Shown here piece after piece: positions 58,302-64,000 of a stretch of 64,000 bases of DNA (its first letter is position 1; every line of letters starts with the position of its first letter). The stretch is taken from positions 36,558 through 100,557 of IMG/VR virus record IMGVR_UViG_3300032236_001191; one strand, 5' to 3'. The DNA is from a virus. The translations under genes and the position numbers were made by a program. The notes under the pieces were generated by a model that was not told the origin of the DNA, did no database searches, and worked only from the letters and a program-made list of their open reading frames with translations.

Positions 58302-58520
58302 GTGCTCCAAGTAACTTACTCAGGAAGGATGTAAGAACCACAGAGGTTAGTCTATTGCGTTCAGCTCACTGTTCAGCGCACCACACTCGTTGCCTATGTC
58401 GGCATTGGAAGCACTTAAGTCTTACCAGGTTGAGTCAGGTTTAAACCTACTTAGAATGTTGCGTTCGGCCTCAAGTTCCCTAAGGGGATACAACGTGCTG
58501 TCTCTCGTTACTTATTGCAC
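58302..58520 (-). ncRNA. Structured ncRNA candidate A (about 220 nt)
   Basis: 5' and 3' ends pair (GUGC..UAAGUAAC / GUUACUUG..GCAC); several internal hairpins and crossing pairings; no ORF. Confidence 0.6.
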
Positions 58521-58548
58521 TATGGTCATAGTTAGACTATAACCAATC

Positions 58549-59043
58549 TTATACTGTTGCATTCTGGCGTTCAAACCATGCTGCATTTGATGCTTTACCA
58601 GATTCAATTGCCATCACCAAGTAGATTGGTCCAGGCATTCCTGACTTGATTGCTTTTGCCATAGCCCAACCTAGTGGGCGTGTATTTTCTGGGGTGTTAC
58701 GCATGAGCGCTTTCAAAGCGACATCACGCATCTCACATACAATTGCAACTGTCGCAGTGAGTTCACTGAATACAGTCAGGGATTTAGGAGCCATACTAGG
58801 CACGGCTCGTAACATACGAGTCATGTTTGCTAGTGCACCTTCGTGATTGCTTGTGTTGGACACGTACTCTAACAGCTTACCAATAACAGCATCACGATAT
58901 GAAGCATCGTTCCACATTAGCTCTGCTAAGTTTTCTGGAACCATGCCATTGTATAATGCGTAGGCCGCTTGCTGCGGATTCTCTACTGGGTTTACAGTTT
59001 GATGTGTACTTGCCCCATCATATTCAACCGATAGGTTGGACAT
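58549..59043 (-). CDS. DUF4192-like helical protein
   Basis: 'RDAV...', 'A..AL.......L...A.....GMP' pattern resembling actinobacterial DUF4192. Confidence 0.45.
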   Translation of the reverse strand: MSNLSVEYDGASTHQTVNPVENPQQAAYALYNGMVPENLAELMWNDASYRDAVIGKLLEYVSNTSNHEGALANMTRMLRAVPSMAPKSLTVFSELTATVAIVCEMRDVALKALMRNTPENTRPLGWAMAKAIKSGMPGPIYLVMAIESGKASNAAWFERQNATV

Positions 59044-59743
59044 ATGCTGCCATCGCTTTCTCTAGTTCGGATAGTGCTTTCTTTATTACCTTGCCATCTT
59101 TAATGCGAAGTGGAGAACCATCCCACATTAAAGAAATTGGTTTGTTACCGTAATCACGCTGACCACTACCTACACAGTAATAGCATTGTTGACCACGAGT
59201 TATTGTGTGTCCAGTATCAATACCGTGTTCGCAAGGCAAATAATGCCAACGAGAGTATTGATTTTGGTACGCAGCGTTAGGATGCTCTTCACACACGCCA
59301 TACGATCCTTTGTTGTAACACATATTAGGGCTACAATACTTATCGATTAAGCCAGAACCTTTACAAGATCTGCATCGCTGCATCTTGCTTGGTGTGTACT
59401 GTGGGTCTTTCTCGGTAATGTAGTGCTTACCTTGTCGTTGGAATACATTTTGTACGCCAGCAATTTGCATAAGACTATATCTAATACCTTGAGACTTAAG
59501 TGAGTGCCAAGGACCCCAGTAACCATTTTGGATTATTGGGGCTTGGATAGTAAGCACGTCATCTGTGTCAATCGTGGCGATGTCGGCATGAAGCCAAGGA
59601 ATGTGGACTGCGTACAGCCCACCTTTCCTTGCTTGTAGCCTCATACCACGATAGTAAAGAGTTCTATCAATACCCTTACCTCGACCACCTTTGATCCAGT
59701 CTTGGGCATTAACATAGCTCTGTAACTGGTGGATGTTAGACAT
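59024..59743 (-). CDS. Protein with DnaJ-type CxxCxGxG zinc finger
   Basis: CRSCKGSG...CYYCVGSG. Confidence 0.6.
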   Translation of the reverse strand: MSNIHQLQSYVNAQDWIKGGRGKGIDRTLYYRGMRLQARKGGLYAVHIPWLHADIATIDTDDVLTIQAPIIQNGYWGPWHSLKSQGIRYSLMQIAGVQNVFQRQGKHYITEKDPQYTPSKMQRCRSCKGSGLIDKYCSPNMCYNKGSYGVCEEHPNAAYQNQYSRWHYLPCEHGIDTGHTITRGQQCYYCVGSGQRDYGNKPISLMWDGSPLRIKDGKVIKKALSELEKAMAAYVQPIG

Positions 59744-60036
59744 TAGTTAGCCTCCACACTTTCAAACAATCCCGCATAGCAGATATCAAAACTCTGCTCA
59801 CGAGCTTGTTCCAGTTCACGTGGTTTATCGAACTCTTCATCAAACCATACGATTGATATAGGGTTACGTCTAGCACGCTTAGGGGATATAGCAAACAAGG
59901 CTTGACCAAGACCATCGATAACTCCGGTATGGTAAGCCCTGCTGTGTTGATCAGTGAGCTCGTTAAGGTTGAGTTCCTCTTCGAGCATCATTGTTTCTAT
60001 CTTGTCAGCCAATTGACGGCGCTTTCGCTTTCGCAT
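59743..60036 (-). CDS. Hypothetical protein
   Basis: AAGGA RBS before ATG 60036. Confidence 0.55.
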   Translation of the reverse strand: MRKRKRRQLADKIETMMLEEELNLNELTDQHSRAYHTGVIDGLGQALFAISPKRARRNPISIVWFDEEFDKPRELEQAREQSFDICYAGLFESVEAN

Positions 60037-60397
60037 GCCGTACTTCCTTTCTTGTTGAACCAACGGGTTGTACCACGCTGATTGGGCTGGTTGTAAGGTC
60101 AGACTCTACAATATACGTACGATGACCTCGCATCTTAGGTGTTGTACCACCTTGGATACTATGTGCATCATCACGTAGGATTGCGTCATCTAGACATTGT
60201 TGCTTTACATTGCAATTAGCACAGACCTTGAGAGCTGCTCGCTCTTTAGCTCTGCGATGCGTTCTATTACTATCCTCTGCGGTGTAATAGAAATCATTTA
60301 CGTCTAGACCATTGCAGTTTGCTTGGTCTTGCCACGCACCTAATGCTGCCATATCCCATACCACTGGTAGTGGGACATAGTCGCTTGGCATATCCAT
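60005..60397 (-). CDS. whiB: Divergent WhiB family protein
   Basis: WQ.QA.C.....FY...A.KVC.NC.V...CL..A.......SIQGG.T...R; GGAGG RBS. Confidence 0.8.
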   Translation of the reverse strand: MDMPSDYVPLPVVWDMAALGAWQDQANCNGLDVNDFYYTAEDSNRTHRRAKERAALKVCANCNVKQQCLDDAILRDDAHSIQGGTTPKMRGHRTYIVESDLTTSPISVVQPVGSTRKEVRHAKAKAPSIG

Positions 60398-60558
60398 TGT
60401 GACCTCCGTAATGCGGCGCCGATTGTTTGTGTTGGTTGGCACCAGCGTGCCTATACAGACTTTGACATCTGTATAGGCGAGTTGATTTATATGCCGCTAA
60501 CTAAGCGGCCTTACGAGGGAGGTTTTCGTTCAGGAGAACTCCCGCCATCCGTGTAAGA

Positions 60559-60756
60559 TTAGTCAGCATCAAATGATGGACGATAGATATCATCCATCAG
60601 TGTGCGCTTCTTTGCATCAAGCTTGCGTATGTACAGGTGGGTAGCCTGTGCTTCATAGTACATCTCACGCCAGTAACGAACCATGAAGGATAGCGCTACT
60701 ACTGTGCACAAGAGGATTAGGAATACCCATGATTGAATTGTAGTCATAGGAAACAT
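60559..60756 (-). CDS. Small membrane protein
   Basis: N-terminal transmembrane helix. Confidence 0.55.
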   Translation of the reverse strand: MFPMTTIQSWVFLILLCTVVALSFMVRYWREMYYEAQATHLYIRKLDAKKRTLMDDIYRPSFDAD

Positions 60757-61037
60757 TATGCGTCAACCTGCTCTTTCTGCTCAGCTTTCTTAGCCTTGTA
60801 GACTTCACCAGTCTTCCAATGAGGAATGTTTGGGTGATCCCAACGACCACCAGCAGCCTTCCATGCTTCACGCTTAGCGTAGTTAGCAGCGCTGCGTCCT
60901 TCTACACGACCGGAACGACTAACGAACTTGCGTTCGATACCATCTGGGCCAGGACGCTTCTTGCGTGCCTTACCATTCTTACGGTCGCCTGCTGTGTTTG
61001 CTTTAACTGGAGCCTGAGCTCCTCTACCTTTTGCCAT
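60756..61037 (-). CDS. Basic hypothetical protein
   Basis: AAGGGG RBS; Lys/Arg-rich. Confidence 0.6.
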   Translation of the reverse strand: MAKGRGAQAPVKANTAGDRKNGKARKKRPGPDGIERKFVSRSGRVEGRSAANYAKREAWKAAGGRWDHPNIPHWKTGEVYKAKKAEQKEQVDA

Positions 61038-61058
61038 TGTATGGCCCCTTTCGGAGGG

Positions 61059-61208
61059 TTAGTTTGTTTCCTCTACACGGTCGTGCAGAGTGGTGATGCC
61101 ATCGTTCCATAGCATCAATGCTTCCTTGCGAGTACAGCCGTGAAACAACTGTGCCTCTAGTATGAATAACAACTTCTCAGTTGTATCTGATTTGATTTTA
61201 ATCTTCAT
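61059..61208 (-). CDS. Small hypothetical protein (49 aa)
   Basis: Translated by hand; fills the gap. Confidence 0.4.
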   Translation of the reverse strand: MKIKIKSDTTEKLLFILEAQLFHGCTRKEALMLWNDGITTLHDRVEETN

Positions 61209-61440
61209 GCGTATGCCAATCTATGAGTAGATGGGTTGTACCCCATTTTTTATATGGCTTATCAATGATGGAGTATAACTTCCACCACCTATACCCAGCC
61301 TTGGGCATAGTCTCTTGGTTTTCATACCTAACCTCATACTTCAATGCTTTGTGCAAAGGGTATGATGATAGATGATTACACCAATTAGCAAACCACCTGA
61401 GTGGCAAGATATTGGTCTTGTGTTCTGGTCTAGTACGCAT
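61198..61440 (-). CDS. Hypothetical protein
   Basis: ORF track; AGGA RBS. Confidence 0.55.
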   Translation of the reverse strand: MRTRPEHKTNILPLRWFANWCNHLSSYPLHKALKYEVRYENQETMPKAGYRWWKLYSIIDKPYKKWGTTHLLIDWHTHED

Positions 61441-61451
61441 ATAGGTTTATC

Positions 61452-61859
61452 CTAAAGCATATCTAGTATTTGTTTAGTCAATGTAATCTCTGCATCAGCA
61501 GAGACTCGAAGAGTAAGAAGCAATCTCTCCCTAGAATTGTAGTCACGCTCAGATGAATCCCATTGACGGTATCCATAAGTATATGTTTCTTCTTGTTCGA
61601 TTAACTTAGGGGGTTCAGGAATCGTTACTTCTTTTGGAAATACAATAGACAATGATTGTTTATGGTATCTATCAGTCTCAACGCTGCAACCAACGCCTGA
61701 TTCAAGTAACTTAGCAACTTCGATAAGATACTTTTTGCACTCTTGTTGGTACTCTTCAATGCGTTGTTCTTCTTTTCTTTTAGCATCTGCTTTATCAGCA
61801 AGATACTTCGCTTGCTTTTCTTCAAGTTCTTTAATGAAGTCGAGCCTATTTAAGCGCAT
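61452..61859 (-). CDS. Hypothetical protein
   Basis: AGGAG RBS. Confidence 0.65.
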   Translation of the reverse strand: MRLNRLDFIKELEEKQAKYLADKADAKRKEEQRIEEYQQECKKYLIEVAKLLESGVGCSVETDRYHKQSLSIVFPKEVTIPEPPKLIEQEETYTYGYRQWDSSERDYNSRERLLLTLRVSADAEITLTKQILDML

Positions 61860-61896
61860 TGTGTTCTCCTATTCTGTGTAGGGCTGTCATAGACAG

Positions 61897-62035
61897 CAAT
61901 AGACACATAGATGCGGACCGACATTGCCAATGGCGTCCCCTCCTTAGCCGTTAGGCGCAAGGGGTTCACCGAGGACATTCTCTGAGGCTATGTTTATGGC
62001 TACCTATGCCCAGTGCATCTATGTGTCTATCATTG
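61897..62035 (-). ncRNA. Structured ncRNA candidate B (about 140 nt)
   Basis: Perfect 16-bp closing stem (61899-61914 / 62015-62030) around a GC-rich interior that can pair. Confidence 0.55.
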
Positions 62036-62043
62036 TGTATGAA

Positions 62044-62074
62044 TAAGCAGTTTAGCCTTGTCATGCTTAGGACA
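62044..62074 (-). ncRNA. H-type pseudoknot, copy 1
   Basis: UGUC-CUAAGCAU-GACA-AGGCUAAAC-UGCUUA; covaries with copy 2. Confidence 0.6.
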
Positions 62075-62126
62075 GGAGTTCTTTTACCTCAGGAAGAACT
62101 ATAGAAACCAACCAGCATTACCTGTA

Positions 62127-62558
62127 TTAACGGATATACTGAGCCCAACCAGATGTTGTGTTGATCTTGAACTCAGTGTCAATAGAACCTTCAACCAAGG
62201 CAATAGCATTACGAACTTGTTCGTAATCACTATTTTCACGCCCTACCTTATGAGAAGGTTGGCAAAGACCCTCAGGACGCTTACCAACTGCAGCCTCAAA
62301 GTCTTCCGTCTTAAAGTAGAAAGCAATACGAACGCCCTTGTTGTATCCAGTAGATACATCAAAGTCATTAGACTTAAGCATATTCTTCTTAGCCCAAGCT
62401 GATGCTTTCTTTTCCCACGCTTCTCGTCGTGCATCTAGAGTTGCGCTGTCCTTTTCCCAAGCAGCAACCTCATCGTCCATACGCTTGAGGGTTGCTTTCA
62501 ACTTGGCGAGAAGGTCTTTCTTGGCCCAGGTGGTTGCGATTACCTTTGTACTAGCCAT
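62127..62558 (-). CDS. Hypothetical protein
   Basis: GGGAG RBS before ATG 62558. Confidence 0.65.
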   Translation of the reverse strand: MASTKVIATTWAKKDLLAKLKATLKRMDDEVAAWEKDSATLDARREAWEKKASAWAKKNMLKSNDFDVSTGYNKGVRIAFYFKTEDFEAAVGKRPEGLCQPSHKVGRENSDYEQVRNAIALVEGSIDTEFKINTTSGWAQYIR

Positions 62559-62617
62559 TTGTTTCTCCCGTCTGTTATTACATCCTATACTCCGGCTGAG
62601 TTTAGGAATTCTAGTGT

Positions 62618-62911
62618 GCATAAAGAAACAGAGGACACACGCATACTACTAATCGGATAGAAGGTAGAGTTTTATCCATAGCCCATTTGCGTAACGAAAA
62701 AACCAAAATTAAATAGATGTTGCAACAACTATCTAATCCTTCGTACCTACTGTGAGAGGAATATATGCGCTCCCTGAGTCCCTCAACCCCACAGTCCGTA
62801 ACTATTTCAATTTTCATCCCCCTCTGCATAGACCTATATCCTCACCTATACATACTCAGACTCAATTAACTATGATTAGCCTGTATGCGTGTGCCTTCTG
62901 CTTCTTTATGC
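62618..62911 (-). ncRNA. Structured ncRNA candidate C (about 295 nt)
   Basis: 29-bp closing stem (26 Watson-Crick, 2 G-U, 1 mismatch on the - strand) enclosing several hairpins. Confidence 0.6.
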
Positions 62912-62919
62912 TTTGCCTA

Positions 62920-63012
62920 TTACTTACGGCGTAACCAAGCAACTATGATCATAGTTAGTGCAAAACTAACTGTCATTAGTTGGAAGGTACCTTCTGAGAA
63001 CTCAATGTACAT
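62920..63012 (-). CDS. 30-aa membrane peptide
   Basis: GGAGG RBS; MYIEFSEGTFQLMTVSFALTMIIVAWLRRK. Confidence 0.55.
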   Translation of the reverse strand: MYIEFSEGTFQLMTVSFALTMIIVAWLRRK

Positions 63013-63178
63013 TTAACACCTCCAATTCCTTAATGTCGTTGGGGATAGCCACGCCATCACGGCGGGGAAGGGAACTGAGATACTGTGCTACTTGCTTAAC
63101 AAGCATAGCCGCAATGAAATCGTACTGTGCTTGAGTAACTGAACCTTTGACCTTAACAGTCATAGTCAACTGCTTCAT
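63002..63178 (-). CDS. Small hypothetical protein (58 aa)
   Basis: Translated by hand; GAAAGGA RBS. Confidence 0.55.
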   Translation of the reverse strand: MKQLTMTVKVKGSVTQAQYDFIAAMLVKQVAQYLSSLPRRDGVAIPNDIKELEVLNVH

Positions 63179-63250
63179 ATATGTTCCTTTCGATTAGGGG
63201 GACAAAAAAATAGTGGTACAACCTAATTAAAGGTCGTACCACCACGAGTG

Positions 63251-63282
63251 TGAGCCTTTTTACTGCCGACTTGCTCAGGTCG
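63251..63282 (-). ncRNA. H-type pseudoknot, copy 2
   Basis: CGAC-CUGAGCAA-GUCG-GCAGUAAAAAG-GCUCA. Confidence 0.6.
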
Positions 63283-63374
63283 TCCACTCTACTATCATCT
63301 CGCACGACGATAGTTCCCCTCAGAGTGCATCCCTCCATAGCATAAACTTGCGGGGGGTTTTTCGGGGGGAATTC

Positions 63375-63581
63375 TTATCTACCAGATGATTTACCACCAT
63401 CAGTAAGAAATGGATCATCTTTAGTTACATAGGCAAAGCCCTGCTTAGGGACAAGAACAAAGCGATAGTTATCTTGGCTCAGTCTTAGTTCCTTAGCGAT
63501 ACAGTCTTTAGCCATACAATACTCAAAGCCTGCTTCCCAACGGTCGGGATGAACAGGAGTATTACAATGGGGGCAAATCAT
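63375..63581 (-). CDS. Small Zn-finger protein
   Basis: CPHC......R...G.EYC...C; 'VPKQGF'. Confidence 0.6.
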   Translation of the reverse strand: MICPHCNTPVHPDRWEAGFEYCMAKDCIAKELRLSQDNYRFVLVPKQGFAYVTKDDPFLTDGGKSSGR

Positions 63582-63739
63582 AGACCAGCCTCTGTTGCTT
63601 CCTTGAGTACTTCTTCACCAAGAGGTGTAATGCTAACCATAGCTTCTAGGTTCTCGTTGTACTCAACCTTGATTAAGCCTTTACTAAGCAAACTAGCAAG
63701 AGAGTCGTCAAACTCTGCTTCAGTCATAGCCATTGTCAT
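63578..63739 (-). CDS. Small winged-helix-like protein
   Basis: GAAAGG RBS; 'L..L..KGLI.V.........IT.LG..VL'. Confidence 0.55.
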   Translation of the reverse strand: MTMAMTEAEFDDSLASLLSKGLIKVEYNENLEAMVSITPLGEEVLKEATEAGL

Positions 63740-64000
63740 TACCTTTCTGTTAACTCTCAGAATAGAGAGTAGTAGGGACACGGGCACGCACCATGCCCCT
63801 ACTACCGCCTACTCTGTCAAAATTTTTAAAAAATCGGGGGGACAAAGGCTACTCAGTGATAGTACCTATAGTAAGAACAGTAGAAGAGATACGATAGAAG
63901 ATAGAGCCATCCTTGTCGATACAGATAGCACGCAAGGGCTCACCTATCTTACATACATAGGAGAGGAAAGATATAGAGTCATTATCACCTCGTAGTGGCT

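Noticed and set aside
61897-62035. Complete retron or diversity-generating retroelement
   Set aside because: No reverse transcriptase or template/variable repeat pair in the window; only the inverted-repeat layout is similar.
62611-62934. Track ORFs 62611-62829 (-) and 62752-62934 (+)
   Set aside because: No convincing RBS, atypical composition, and they lie inside a long-range paired element.
62044-63282. preQ1-I riboswitch call for the small pseudoknots
   Set aside because: Size and A-rich tail are similar, but the loop sequences do not match the preQ1 consensus as I recall it, and the downstream genes are unrelated to queuosine.
1-64000. Alternative genetic code or stop-codon reassignment
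   Set aside because: Conserved genes are full length under the standard code, and TAA, TAG and TGA all end genes at sensible positions.
1-64000. tRNA, tmRNA or rRNA genes
   Set aside because: I found no cloverleaf with a T-loop GTTCRA and acceptor stem by eye. The 11-nt 16S-like match at 28655 is too short to be an rRNA fragment. A tRNAscan or ARAGORN run would confirm.

Overview
This 64 kb window is a segment of a large double-stranded DNA tailed phage with a contractile tail (myovirus). The host is almost certainly an actinobacterium, because the window carries three WhiB genes, an MSMEG_6728-type glycosylase and a DUF4192-like gene. The moderately low GC content fits low-GC freshwater Actinobacteria, but that is inference. 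On the + strand the order is: end of a fibre gene, a cluster of tiny basic and acidic ORFs, then a tail/baseplate operon (sheath, tube, chaperone, tape measure with M23 and lytic transglycosylase domains, split hub, spike, gp25, baseplate J, wedge; about 1-19.1 kb). A replication and recombination block follows (initiator, DnaC-like loader, DnaB, primase, SNF2 helicase, Hsp20, SSB, PolA, RecA, resolvases, Cas4-like nuclease, dNMP kinase, SpoVS, phosphoesterase; 19.4-37.9 kb). Next come an inverted cassette (secreted PA14 protein, two membrane proteins, CHAP endolysin), holin-like genes, small unknown genes, a nucleotidyltransferase / HAD-like / TGT-like trio and class II RNR (to 52.8 kb). From 52.8 kb to the end, genes run on the - strand in an early or host-takeover-like region (glycosylase, VWA plus MoxR AAA+, WhiB, many small ORFs). 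The most striking signal not explained by ORFs is a set of structured non-coding RNA candidates in the gaps of this last region: three 140-300 nt elements closed by long stems, two covarying H-type pseudoknots, repeated UCCUGA-loop hairpins, and a shared 17-bp palindrome upstream of two of the large elements. I saw no tRNA genes, CRISPR array or integrase. All family assignments come from motifs recognised by eye, not from database searches.
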